Assembly (NCBI GenBank): GCA_039024555.1
Contig: JBCCQQ010000036.1
Location: 1 to 61,528, forward strand
Source: Cyanobacteria bacterium P01_D01_bin.156
GTDB taxonomy: Bacteria > Cyanobacteriota > Cyanobacteriia > Phormidesmidales > Phormidesmidaceae
DNA: 61,528 nt
Direction of reading: 5' to 3'
Both the position numbers and the translations under genes were made by a program. The notes under the pieces are model-generated. The model saw only the letters and a list, made by a program, of their open reading frames with translations, was not told the origin of the DNA and searched no databases. Of this stretch, positions 1 to 10,101 are shown piece by piece; the first letter of the stretch is position 1, and every line of letters begins with the position of its first letter.

Positions 1-209
1 AGCAAATACAAGCATCATTGGATGCCAATATCTTTTCAGCTGACACATAAATTTCTTGATCTGACGTACTCAAGAAATATTGATGCATCTAAGAGGTAGC
101 CTAGACTAAGGCTATATGAGTGAACGGGTCTGACTTATCACCTTGATAGCTGGGTGATATTAATTGCTTAATACCAAGCATCATTATTTTTTATCAGCCA
201 ATATTTAGT

Positions 210-1586
210 ATGAGTTCCATTGATCCTAGTAAGCCAGTTAAGCCTTTTCGGGATTGGTATACCAAGGTCACGGCACACCTAATTTTCAGTACTGTCTGCT
301 GGTATTGTTGGCAAAATTCAGCGTCCGCCCAGCTAGATGCATTACCTCCAGCATCTTCTAATGAGTCTACGGTGGATGTTGTTCCTACTATTCCGCGCCC
401 AGATCTAGGAGATTTAGACTCTAGAACCCTAGAACGTTCAACGGAACAGGTTGAGGACCCAGGTTTTAACGATAGTGAGTTTGATCAGTATCGACTCGGT
501 CCAGGTGATGGCATTTTTGTAAGTGTCCAACGCTTTCCGGACCTTGCCTTTCAAGCAACCCTAGATCAGCAGGGCAACATTATTGTCCCCATTGAAGGGG
601 CTATACCGATGGCTGGCCTGACACTGAATGAGGCGGCCAATCGGATTCGAGCCGTATATAACCAGTACGTCATTCTCGCTGAAATACGCTCCCTTTATGA
701 AAATAAGCCAGCTTTAGTTAATCAAATTGAAGGGCTATCCTACAGCCAAGCCGAAAAGGTTCTAAATCGCGAGATTTCGCCCAGTTATCAGGAACTGCGC
801 AGCCTAGATCCCCAACGTTACAGAGTCCCTGATGTCACGTTGGCACTAACAGCACAGCGAGGTGTCGAAGTTGTCATGTTAGGTGAAATCGAACGTCCAG
901 GGTTGTATCCGTTAGCAGTGCCTAGAGTTTCAGCTGCACTGCTAGCTGCTGGCGGTGCTAGAACAACCGCTGACTTGAGAGAAATTCGCATTCAACGTCA
1001 ACTCCCAGAGGGCACCATCGAAAAAACACTGGATTTATACACACCGATTCGTGAGGGTCAGCCCTTACCTGAGGATCGCCTGGAAAATGGCGACATCATT
1101 ATCATTCCTCGACTTGATCCAGCCCAAGCCTACGATTACGACGTCAATTTCGTATCGCGTTCCACCTTGGCTCAGCCTGAAATTATCGTGCGAGTGATTA
1201 ATTACCCCAGGGGAGTCATTGGCGGTCAACGTTTGCCTAATGGCAGCACGTTTGTTGATGCCCTAGTAGGTGATTCAGTCAGAGGGGGTGGCGGTTTGGG
1301 CTTACCCCTTACTCAAGCTAATCTCAGATCGGTAGCCCTGATTCGATTTGACCAAGAACAGGGCAAACCTATCGTTACTAAGCTCAATGCTCGGCAAGCA
1401 GTGGAGGGTGATCCAACCCAAAATCCACCTCTACGGGATAATGACGTGATCGTCGTAGGTCGCAATTTTATTAATCGCATTACCTTCACTATCGATACCA
1501 TCACCCGCCCTTTTCAAGACATCTTGAGTTTTCTACTCTTTTTTGACAGCCTTGTTGATAATGATCTGTTCAATGGTGATAACTAG
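210..1586 (+). CDS. Polysaccharide export protein (Wza/OPX-like; Poly_export plus SLBB domains)
   Basis: YRLGPGDGIFVSV and DQQGNIIVP match Poly_export; GEIERPGLYPL and LENGDIIIIP are SLBB-type; lies directly upstream of a Wzc-like gene. Confidence 0.85.
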   Translation: MSSIDPSKPVKPFRDWYTKVTAHLIFSTVCWYCWQNSASAQLDALPPASSNESTVDVVPTIPRPDLGDLDSRTLERSTEQVEDPGFNDSEFDQYRLGPGDGIFVSVQRFPDLAFQATLDQQGNIIVPIEGAIPMAGLTLNEAANRIRAVYNQYVILAEIRSLYENKPALVNQIEGLSYSQAEKVLNREISPSYQELRSLDPQRYRVPDVTLALTAQRGVEVVMLGEIERPGLYPLAVPRVSAALLAAGGARTTADLREIRIQRQLPEGTIEKTLDLYTPIREGQPLPEDRLENGDIIIIPRLDPAQAYDYDVNFVSRSTLAQPEIIVRVINYPRGVIGGQRLPNGSTFVDALVGDSVRGGGGLGLPLTQANLRSVALIRFDQEQGKPIVTKLNARQAVEGDPTQNPPLRDNDVIVVGRNFINRITFTIDTITRPFQDILSFLLFFDSLVDNDLFNGDN

Positions 1587-1754
1587 GGAAGTCTGCTGTT
1601 AACTACTGGAGCCATACACATATTAATTAGATGAGCTATTCTGGCTTTAACATGTGTTTTTGACGCCTCACTATTCGACCTTTAACAGATCTATATCTGA
1701 TCGTAATCACTTAAGTACATTTCTCACCTAGCTTCCTCTATTCAGCGCGTATTC

Positions 1755-3965
1755 ATGGTTTCTCCTGTTATCAAGCGGTATGTGTTGGCTGTTCAACGAT
1801 ATAAGTGGGCTGGCCTGACATGCTTGTTGTCCATTTTAGGAGCCTCAGGTGTGGTCGCACTGCAACCACCTCCACCTCTTGAGTACTATGCAGAAGGCAC
1901 ACTGGTAGACAACGCACCTCTAGTGTCCTTGACGAATACAGCTAATACGATTGATCAACTGGGGCGAGGCATCATTAGTCAAGAGCAACTTCTATCACAG
2001 GTTGTACTTCAAGAAGTTTCTCGACAGCTAGCGACTAAAAGTGTAGAGCTCACCCCAGGTGAAATTCGTAGAAATACGACTATCAACATCAGATCCGGGA
2101 AAAAGGAAAGTTCAGGTGTTCAGGCTACCGTTAGGTTTATTAATAAAGATGACGAGACTGCAACGATTGTTTTGAACACTTTGTTCGGGGCCATAGTAGA
2201 GTTTAGCCGTCTACAAAATAAAGCACGACTACAGACAATTATTAATGCCCTCAATGAGCGGCTTCCCCCTATTGAGGATGCTTTGCGTCAGGCCGAACAA
2301 TCATTGGAGCAATATGATCGTCAAGAAGGACCCGCTATTCAGGCTGCAGAAGATGGCAGTTTACTGGGTCAAATTTCTGGTAGTCAGCAGCAAATTCGTC
2401 AAAACATCATTACCTTGGAGAGTATTGATGCTCAAATGAGGAGCTTAGAGCAGCGTTTGGGTATGAATGCCGATCAGGCCTACGTGGCCTCTGCACTCAG
2501 CGCCGATCCGTTAATTGCAAACTTACGTACTCAAATCTATCAGGTTGAGAGTCAAATTGATGGCTTGCGTCAGGCAGATTATAGAGCCAGCCATCCGGTC
2601 GTTGTTGAAGCCCAGCAAAGTTTAAATACGCTCAATGCACAGCTGGAGCTCCGGAAACAAGAAGTATTAGTTGGCGATGGCCAAACAGTAGCACTGGCAC
2701 CAGGGGTAGGTGGACTCAGTGGCAATTTAGATCCGGCACGGGCTAATTTAGCGAATCAGTTAGTCGCATTACAGACTGAAAAAGACACTCTGGTGCGCCA
2801 AAATCAAGTCCTAGCGATTTCCGAACAGGGCCTACGTCAACGATATTCAAGCTTACCTAACAAACAGCTTCAGCGTGAGCGCTTGGCCTATCAGGTGGGA
2901 CTGAAAAAAGCACTATACGACCAGATTCAGGCACGAATTGTTGATGCAGAAGCAGCAGAAGCTGAGACCGTCAGCAGTTTGACGGTGGCCAGTCCTCCCA
3001 CTGCTGTGATTAACGAACCCGAACAACCTAACCCAGCGACCGTCTTACTAGCGGGTGGCCTTTTAGGTTTGGTAGTAGGTGGAGGAATTATCTTCCTACT
3101 CGATATGCTGGATGGAACGATCCGTACACCTGAAGATTTAGAGAAGCTGCTACGTGAGCTGGATATGCCTATCCTAGGAGCAGTCCCTGTGATTCGCACG
3201 CGTCCTGCTAAAGCAGCTCCCATTTTGCTACAGTCTGATTCGCCCTATCACGACAGTTATGAGCGCTGTCTGAGTAAGCTGCGATTAACAGGTATGGAGG
3301 ACAGTGTTATTGGCCCTCGGGTAGTATTGGTTACCAGCACGGTCAATGATGAGGGCAAGAGCATCACTGCCTATAACTTAGCAATTGCAGCAGCTCAAGC
3401 TGGTCGGCGGACTCTTCTAGTTGAAGCAGATTTACGATCAGCTTCCAATGCTCAGCATCTAGGACTGGCTAAAGATGAAAAAATCTTATTAGAACCATTA
3501 CGGTATTACGGTGGCACCCTTGGGGACAACGTCTGTATGGTCCCTTTTATTGAAAACTTTTACGTATCACCCAGCCCAGGACCTCAAAGACAGGCGGCTG
3601 CGATTTTAGAATCTAACGAAATGCGTCGTTTCTTGGAAGATGCTCGTGAGCGCTTTGACATGGTCATTTTAGATACTCCATCTTTGAGTCGTGTGGATGA
3701 TGCACTGCTGCTTGAGGGACAAACTGAGGGCATGATCTTAGTGGCACGTCCTGGGGTAACTGAAAAAGCTGTCCTGAATACAGCTCTCGAGGAATTAGAT
3801 CTCAATGAAGATATCCGTCTATTAGGTGTTTTAATCAACGGCACAACTGTTGATCTTCAAGAGGAGGATGAGGAACTTCTCCATGATGATGAGGATTATG
3901 ATGAGCTGTCTTTAGAAACAGATGAATTGCCTCGGGCAGTCGCAACATCCCCGATTGATTTCTAA
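1755..3965 (+). CDS. Polysaccharide co-polymerase / BY-kinase (Wzc/GumC-like)
   Basis: Two hydrophobic segments flank a long coiled coil; C-terminal domain has TSTVNDEGKS, LLVEADLR and VILDTP motifs. Confidence 0.85.
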   Translation: MVSPVIKRYVLAVQRYKWAGLTCLLSILGASGVVALQPPPPLEYYAEGTLVDNAPLVSLTNTANTIDQLGRGIISQEQLLSQVVLQEVSRQLATKSVELTPGEIRRNTTINIRSGKKESSGVQATVRFINKDDETATIVLNTLFGAIVEFSRLQNKARLQTIINALNERLPPIEDALRQAEQSLEQYDRQEGPAIQAAEDGSLLGQISGSQQQIRQNIITLESIDAQMRSLEQRLGMNADQAYVASALSADPLIANLRTQIYQVESQIDGLRQADYRASHPVVVEAQQSLNTLNAQLELRKQEVLVGDGQTVALAPGVGGLSGNLDPARANLANQLVALQTEKDTLVRQNQVLAISEQGLRQRYSSLPNKQLQRERLAYQVGLKKALYDQIQARIVDAEAAEAETVSSLTVASPPTAVINEPEQPNPATVLLAGGLLGLVVGGGIIFLLDMLDGTIRTPEDLEKLLRELDMPILGAVPVIRTRPAKAAPILLQSDSPYHDSYERCLSKLRLTGMEDSVIGPRVVLVTSTVNDEGKSITAYNLAIAAAQAGRRTLLVEADLRSASNAQHLGLAKDEKILLEPLRYYGGTLGDNVCMVPFIENFYVSPSPGPQRQAAAILESNEMRRFLEDARERFDMVILDTPSLSRVDDALLLEGQTEGMILVARPGVTEKAVLNTALEELDLNEDIRLLGVLINGTTVDLQEEDEELLHDDEDYDELSLETDELPRAVATSPIDF

Positions 3966-4096
3966 GGAATCGTTCTGCAGCAACGGTGAGTCTTGGTTAC
4001 GGAACGTCACACAGCGCTATATTCCCTGATAGAATCCTGTCTATTGGCTTTGAAAACGGGCTCATGGCCCACTAATTTTGCTGGTTTTTAAGACGC

Positions 4097-4423
4097 ATGA
4101 CGACATATTATTACGCCGTAGCTAGCCAACGATTTCTTCTAGAAGAAGAACCGTTGGAAGAGGTTCTTAAAGAGAGACGTCGCTATTATCGAGAGCAGGA
4201 AAAAGATATTGATTTTTGGTTGGTGAAACAGCCTGCTTTTCTAGAAGCACCAGAACTAGAAGCCGTAAAAGCACAATGCCCCCAACCGGCAGCGGCCGTC
4301 ATTTCCACCGATAAGGTTTTTATCACGTGGCTAAAGTTAAGACTAGAGTATATTGCGACTGGAGAGTTCGAAACTCCGCTAACATCTGTGGATGATCCGC
4401 TCGCATCTTTAGCAGCGGCATAG
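4097..4423 (+). CDS. ycf54: Ycf54, Mg-protoporphyrin monomethyl ester cyclase accessory protein
   Basis: YYYAVASQRFLLEEEPLEEVLKER, DFWLVKQPAFL and FITWLKLRLEY are typical Ycf54 motifs. Confidence 0.93.
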   Translation: MTTYYYAVASQRFLLEEEPLEEVLKERRRYYREQEKDIDFWLVKQPAFLEAPELEAVKAQCPQPAAAVISTDKVFITWLKLRLEYIATGEFETPLTSVDDPLASLAAA

Positions 4424-4450
4424 ATTGAGAAATACTCGGGGGATTAGATC

Positions 4451-5080
4451 ATGAGACATCAGTGGTTAGGTGGAGCTATGTTGGTTCTACTTGCTAGTGG
4501 TCTATCTGAGCAAGTGATGGCTCAGACCTATCCTGATTGTCCCCCACCCACTAATGAAGAATATTTGTTGCTGGTGCGGAGTACTGATGAAGCTATGCGC
4601 GATCGCACCATCTCTGTACTCCCCACTGATAAGCCCACGCTAGTGTGCAATTATCTAGGTGATACTGTTGTCCGGGCAGGAGGGTTTGATTCCCTAGAAG
4701 TCGCGAACTCCTGGGCACTTTACCTCAACGATATTGAACAGTTAGAAACTGTTGTAGTTGAACCATCCGCGCCGGAAGAAACTGCTGTCGCTGTTGCAGA
4801 AGGCTCTCAGCCTCAGCGATATAATCCAACATTACTAGGAGAGGGTGTTGCTGTCCTAGTGGACTATCAGCAGGACCCCAGCATTGGCAAAAAACTACTG
4901 GTTGAAGATGGCAATGTTGGCCTTGCAGTTTATCTACAAGAGCCCTATCTGCTGGTTTTACACACGACGGATTCATCTCAAGCTGCGTCACGCTTGCAAC
5001 AGCTAATCGACGGTGGATTAACCTCATTTTTAGTGGATGGTCAACGGGTTATTCGCCTAACGGAAACCATTGCCCAGTAA
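4451..5080 (+). CDS. Exported hypothetical protein
   Basis: 209-aa ORF with signal-peptide-like N-terminus and a CPPP..EYLLLV motif; co-directional with ycf54. Confidence 0.7.
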   Translation: MRHQWLGGAMLVLLASGLSEQVMAQTYPDCPPPTNEEYLLLVRSTDEAMRDRTISVLPTDKPTLVCNYLGDTVVRAGGFDSLEVANSWALYLNDIEQLETVVVEPSAPEETAVAVAEGSQPQRYNPTLLGEGVAVLVDYQQDPSIGKKLLVEDGNVGLAVYLQEPYLLVLHTTDSSQAASRLQQLIDGGLTSFLVDGQRVIRLTETIAQ

Positions 5081-5101
5081 ACGAGTTTTGGGTCTCTATC
5101 C

Positions 5102-5554
5102 TTAGTAAGTGGGAGCCGCAAGCAGGGCAATAAATACCCCTAAGGAAGCACCAGCAATAACCTGTACCGGTGTGTGACCCAGGAGTTCTTTTAGGCGACC
5201 TTCTTGAAATTCGTTCTCGTTGAAGAATTCATCGACTATCTGATTTAAAACGCGGGCTTGCTTGCCAGCAGCTTGACGCACGCCAGCGGCATCGTACATG
5301 ACAATCACCGCAAAAACCGCTGTTGCAGCAAAAGCAGGACTAGACCAGCCAATGGTTTGACCAATACCACAGGCAAGGGCCGTCACTAGAGCAGAATGAG
5401 AGCTCGGCATGCCACCGGCTTCAACTAAAACGTGAAAATTTAAACGTTGATGAGTCACTACCTCAACAATCAATTTGAGCAGTTGAGCACTCAAACAGGC
5501 TGCCAAAGATACAACAAGAACGTGGTTTTGAAAGATTTCAATGAAGGCTTCCAT
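5102..5554 (-). CDS. Divergent PAP2 family protein (DUF212)
   Basis: GGMPSSHSA, VMYDAAGVR and LKELLGHTP motifs; usual position downstream of crtE. Confidence 0.92.
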   Translation of the reverse strand: MEAFIEIFQNHVLVVSLAACLSAQLLKLIVEVVTHQRLNFHVLVEAGGMPSSHSALVTALACGIGQTIGWSSPAFAATAVFAVIVMYDAAGVRQAAGKQARVLNQIVDEFFNENEFQEGRLKELLGHTPVQVIAGASLGVFIALLAAPTY

Positions 5555-5587
5555 ATAAAACTGTTTGAGTAAACGTATTTAAGATTA

Positions 5588-6496
5588 TTAATGGGTACGA
5601 GCAATGATGTAATCCGCGATCGCAATCAAAGGCTGCTTCAATTGCCCAAAGGGCGCCAACTCCTCCTTAGCGGCTTGTATCAGCTCATCAGCTTGCTTCC
5701 TAGATTCATCCAGTCCCCAAATACTTGGATAAGTCGCTTTTTGAGCCTGCATATCCTTACCAATGGATTTACCCAGTTCTTCTTGCGTGGAGGTGATGTC
5801 AAGAATATCGTCCACAATCTGAAACGCTAGACCGATGTTGTTGGCATAACGAGAAAGGCGCTCTACCATACTCGTGTCTGCTGCTGCCAATACGGCTCCA
5901 GATACGACCGATACCTCCAAGAGAGCAGCCGTTTTATGCATATGGATAAAGTTGAGGGTGTCGATAGAAGTATCTGATTTTCCCTCAGAGGCCAAATCCA
6001 CAATTTGCCCGCCCACTAAGCCTGCAGCACCCACAGCGCGCCCTAGACGGCGAATGACCTCCAAGACTGCTTTTGGAGAAACATCTGGAGTACGTTCTGC
6101 AATAAATTCAAAGGCGTAGGCTAAGAGCGCATCTCCTGCCAAAATCGCTACGTCATCACCGTAAACCTTGTGATTAGTCAACTTCCCGCGACGGTAGTCG
6201 TCATTATCCATAGCGGGTAAATCATCATGGATCAGGGACATCGTATGTACCATCTCCAAGGCACATGCCGTTGGCATTGCCTGGGCTATACTACCACCTG
6301 CCAATTCACAGGTGGCTAAGCAAAGAATCGGTCGTAAGCGCTTGCCACCCGCCATTAGGGAATAACGCATCGACTCATAGATGGTTTCTGGATAGACCAC
6401 AGGCAAGGATTGCTCAAGGGCTGCTTCCACCTCGGCACATTTGTTAGCGAGGTAAGTTTTGAGATCGAAATCAGCAGCGACATCGGTGGTCATCAT
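5588..6496 (-). CDS. crtE: Geranylgeranyl diphosphate synthase
   Basis: [22 protein letters not shown] (first Asp-rich motif) and FQIVDDILD (second). Confidence 0.93.
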   Translation of the reverse strand: MMTTDVAADFDLKTYLANKCAEVEAALEQSLPVVYPETIYESMRYSLMAGGKRLRPILCLATCELAGGSIAQAMPTACALEMVHTMSLIHDDLPAMDNDDYRRGKLTNHKVYGDDVAILAGDALLAYAFEFIAERTPDVSPKAVLEVIRRLGRAVGAAGLVGGQIVDLASEGKSDTSIDTLNFIHMHKTAALLEVSVVSGAVLAAADTSMVERLSRYANNIGLAFQIVDDILDITSTQEELGKSIGKDMQAQKATYPSIWGLDESRKQADELIQAAKEELAPFGQLKQPLIAIADYIIARTH

Positions 6497-6559
6497 GGCG
6501 GAACAAGAACGTTGACAAGTGAATGAAACCTAGTGGCGATTACCTTAGCTAACGGCTTA

Positions 6560-7426
6560 TTAACTATTAAATCGCTTACAGTAGCTTAATAATGTATTGT
6601 GCAACAACATGGTCACCGTCATCGGCCCAATTCCGCCAGGAACAGGCGTAATCGCTCCAGCAATGGCTTCGACGCTAGCAAAGTTCACATCCCCAACCAG
6701 CTTTGATTTACCAGATGATGCATCTTCAATTCGATTAATTCCTACATCAATCACTGTGGCATTGGGTTTTACCCAATCGGCAGTCAGCAGGTTGGGTCGT
6801 CCAACCGCTGCCACTAAAATATCTGCCTGACGGCATAGGGCTGGTAAATCAGCCGTACGCGAGTGAGCAATGGTGACAGTGGCATTGGCTTCTAGTAGCA
6901 TCAGAGCCATTGGCTTACCCACCAAAATACTGCGACCCATCACGACAGCATTTTTACCCGCCGGATCAATGGCATATTCCTTAAGAACTGCCATCACTCC
7001 AGCAGGGGTACAACTGCGCAGACCTGGTTCTCCACGCATCAAACGTCCCATGTTTTCAGGATGCAGACCATCGGCATCTTTAGCTGGATCAATGCGATTC
7101 AGCAACGCCACTGCATCCAAATGCTGCGGTAAGGGCAATTGAATCAAAATGCCATCTACTCGGTCATCAGTATTCAGCTGATCAATGAGTTCTGCAACCG
7201 TATCTTGAGATGTATCTGCAGGTAGATGAGAGCCAAAAGAGGCGATACCCACTCGTTCACAGGCGCGCTCTTTATTACGCACATAGGCTGCACTGGCAGG
7301 ATTATCCCCCACCATCACCACAGCTAATCCAGGAGGACGAAGGGCAGAATCACGTTTATTGATATCAACTGCAAGCTGTGCTTGGAGTTTTTGGGCAAGG
7401 GCCTTGCCATCTAACCGCTGGGCCAT
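6560..7426 (-). CDS. folD: Methylenetetrahydrofolate dehydrogenase/cyclohydrolase
   Basis: [29 protein letters not shown] and [11 protein letters not shown]; start moved to in-frame ATG at 7426 (MAQRLDGK). Confidence 0.95.
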   Translation of the reverse strand: MAQRLDGKALAQKLQAQLAVDINKRDSALRPPGLAVVMVGDNPASAAYVRNKERACERVGIASFGSHLPADTSQDTVAELIDQLNTDDRVDGILIQLPLPQHLDAVALLNRIDPAKDADGLHPENMGRLMRGEPGLRSCTPAGVMAVLKEYAIDPAGKNAVVMGRSILVGKPMALMLLEANATVTIAHSRTADLPALCRQADILVAAVGRPNLLTADWVKPNATVIDVGINRIEDASSGKSKLVGDVNFASVEAIAGAITPVPGGIGPMTVTMLLHNTLLSYCKRFNS

Positions 7427-7649
7427 GAAAACTTTGCTAATTTTATTGGCAACTATACCAACCCCACTAGAAAACTGATGGATACTAATGACATCGGCTG
7501 TTCTCAGATTACCAAAGGCTATTCCTTGACCCAAATAATGGCATTGAACTTCTCAGTGATTCGAGTCTTCAAAGCGGTTATTGCCAATCAGCTTACTAAG
7601 TCACCTACAACAGAAATTATCAAAAACTTTTAGCACTTACCCGTGCATT

Positions 7650-8054
7650 ATGTTTGCAAAACTGCATGTATATACACCGCGACTGACGACTGGCTTGGGG
7701 GCTGGGCTGCTCATGTTTACCATGGCTTGTCAAACACCCTCAGGTAGCCAGATTCCTATTCCTTTACCTCAACCCACGGCCACAATAGAGTCACTACGCG
7801 AACCAGAGCGTGTAAAGCGTTCAGTCACGCTAACCGGTGCAGTCACTCAACGATTAGCCATTGTTAATGGCTGGCTATATCAAATTAATGATGGTACTGG
7901 CGAGATTTGGATTGCAACCCAGCAAACCGCTCCTGCCATTAGTAGCCAAGTGCGCGTGAAAGGAATTTTGCGCTATCAACCAATAGAAATTAACAGTGTA
8001 GACCTAGGTGATTATTATCTAGACGAAGAAAACTGGGTAACGACAAATCAATAA
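7650..8054 (+). CDS. Putative OB-fold lipoprotein
   Basis: Hydrophobic leader ending in TMAC (lipobox-like); V.L.G.V...YQINDGTGEIW resembles an OB-fold; start at ATG 7650 is inferred. Confidence 0.6.
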   Translation: MFAKLHVYTPRLTTGLGAGLLMFTMACQTPSGSQIPIPLPQPTATIESLREPERVKRSVTLTGAVTQRLAIVNGWLYQINDGTGEIWIATQQTAPAISSQVRVKGILRYQPIEINSVDLGDYYLDEENWVTTNQ

Positions 8055-8096
8055 TAAGGGTTTAAAGCTAAGAGTTTTCAAACGCTCTCCAGTAGC

Positions 8097-8369
8097 CTAT
8101 TTTCCAACTAAAGTTCTCAGGTGAATGGGAGTAGACATTTTGCTTTGAGCGGGTACTGCTTGAGACACGTTGTTAGTCAACATGTAGCGATTGAGAATCG
8201 CTTGAGCATCGTCAGCTGATTTGAGCTCATAGGTGACAAAAAACTTAAACGAAGCTTCACCAGGAGCAGCATTAGGGGCATTTTCCCAAAGGTCCAGACA
8301 AACGCCGTCTTGCTGAGGTCGTAGACGATAGTTTAGGGTTTCCTGGCCGGGCACTTGACGCTGATTCAT
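8097..8369 (-). CDS. Hypothetical protein (90 aa)
   Basis: ATG-initiated ORF filling the intergenic gap, with natural composition; no family recognised. Confidence 0.5.
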   Translation of the reverse strand: MNQRQVPGQETLNYRLRPQQDGVCLDLWENAPNAAPGEASFKFFVTYELKSADDAQAILNRYMLTNNVSQAVPAQSKMSTPIHLRTLVGK

Positions 8370-8518
8370 TTGGGGTATGGGTGTAATTTATTACCTGGTT
8401 ACATACGCATAGTGCCCGTCTATGTTGCAGAGACAACGACAGCCCACCATAAATCAGTGTTATTCCCATGTGAAGCCCAGTCGATTAATGACTGGGGCCT
8501 ACGTCAGGGGCATGCATC

Positions 8519-10000
8519 TTAGCTCGATATCACTAGATCTTGAGTAAAATTACCGTGCAATCCATAGGGAATATGGTGCTGTAACCTCAGTGTGGCCACT
8601 GGTCCTTGTTCAATGTGTTGAGCGTTTAAGATGGTCAGTTCCGAGCAGCGACGAGCAGCATTGTAAAACAGCCCTAACACCCAACCATCGTCTTCAGCAG
8701 TCCCGCCGGGTCTGGGGACAAAAATAGGTTCGCCTGCAAAACCACGAGGGGCAAAGCTCCAGATAGACTCTTTTCCAGTCACCAAATCTCGTTTGAGGAC
8801 TGCTTGGAGCGGAGCATTACCTTGGGGCTGATGGGCAACTCCTATGTACAGATAACGATAGGAATGTCCCACATGATTGGGGTTAAGATCCGGAAACTCA
8901 CACCCGCGTTCGATTAAACATTGTGCTTGACTGCTCCCTTGGGCTAAGTCGAGTTCAAACCGCCATAGCTGCCCTTCTGGAATGCGGCTAAAGTCAGCTT
9001 CTAGGTAGTTGTCGGCCCCTTTTAGATCAGGAAACTCTTGATAGCAAACCGAATCTAGATACAGCTTACCGTCCGCTTCAAACGCATTGGCATGGTGAAA
9101 CACGAAACACGGCTGTAGGTCAATCATCTGCAAAGGACTGACACCATCCCTTGGGATGATAATGGCACGGGTAGGTTGCTTTGGATTGAATTGAATACAT
9201 TCGGCAGCCCCTTTGACTCCAGCCAGATAGGGCAGCGGGTTAAAGCTCACCGGGTTTTGGAAAAAGATGCAGTAATTGGGGGTGATCGCAAAATCGTGCA
9301 GAAAGGCAAAGCCCGGAATGTTGTGGCGGTGGGTGTGTGCCAAACGACCGTTGATATCAAACTCATAGAGGGTAATCGTGCTGGATAGACCGGTTTTGAC
9401 GCCAAAATTAACTAGGCAAGGTTGATCCGAGGTGCGATCGCACCTCGGATCAACCCGTGGATGCGCTGAAAACGACTCCCCTGGCTTTAACACGCCATCT
9501 AGATAGTCCAACCCCAGAGTATCCAACGTTGTTACATCCAACTGATGAGGCTCTGCTGCTTCCCATAGTGCCAACAGCTTGCCACCCCAGTAAATGACGT
9601 TAGTATTCGCAATATTTTTGAGCCTAAAGTCAAAGGCATTCGCTAAGGCACCACCAGGTTTTTGAGTGCCAAAAACACCTCGATATAGAGGTTTACCCGC
9701 CGCCTGCTCCTTAACATATCCTTCAGTACGTACAAATTGGTTCCGAAAATAGGCTTTCCCATCACCAATGGAAATCGCCGTAATCATGCCATCACCATCA
9801 AAAGGATGATGTACTGGCTGACCGCCAATATCCAGTAAACCTGGACCATTACGAAACAGCGTACCTTTCAGATCAGGTGGAATCACACCATCAATATCAT
9901 CGATTTCATAGGCGTATTCATTAGGTTGCGAGCGATAGCCACTGCGCCAATCATCCATATCAAAAACATTGGATGCACCGGGAGAAGAAAGAGTTTGCAT
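8519..10000 (-). CDS. Carotenoid/apocarotenoid cleavage oxygenase (RPE65 family)
   Basis: GTLFRNGPG and HPFDGDG; four Fe-ligand His contexts (FSAHP, FLHDF, FHHANAF, YGLHG); EFP and EPIFVPR. Confidence 0.93.
   Translation of the reverse strand: MQTLSSPGASNVFDMDDWRSGYRSQPNEYAYEIDDIDGVIPPDLKGTLFRNGPGLLDIGGQPVHHPFDGDGMITAISIGDGKAYFRNQFVRTEGYVKEQAAGKPLYRGVFGTQKPGGALANAFDFRLKNIANTNVIYWGGKLLALWEAAEPHQLDVTTLDTLGLDYLDGVLKPGESFSAHPRVDPRCDRTSDQPCLVNFGVKTGLSSTITLYEFDINGRLAHTHRHNIPGFAFLHDFAITPNYCIFFQNPVSFNPLPYLAGVKGAAECIQFNPKQPTRAIIIPRDGVSPLQMIDLQPCFVFHHANAFEADGKLYLDSVCYQEFPDLKGADNYLEADFSRIPEGQLWRFELDLAQGSSQAQCLIERGCEFPDLNPNHVGHSYRYLYIGVAHQPQGNAPLQAVLKRDLVTGKESIWSFAPRGFAGEPIFVPRPGGTAEDDGWVLGLFYNAARRCSELTILNAQHIEQGPVATLRLQHHIPYGLHGNFTQDLVISS
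9420..9455. repeat. 36-bp perfect palindrome centred on HIP1, inside a CDS
   Basis: GGTTGATCCGAGGTGCGA|TCGCACCTCGGATCAACC; all 18 pairs checked. Confidence 0.95.
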
Positions 10001-10101
10001 AGGTAGTGACTAAGAAATTAAAAAGACTATCTAGGGCCAACCGACCCCTGAAAAACACAAAGGTGAACCTTAAGAAATCTCACCCATTAATCGTTTTGCT
10101 A

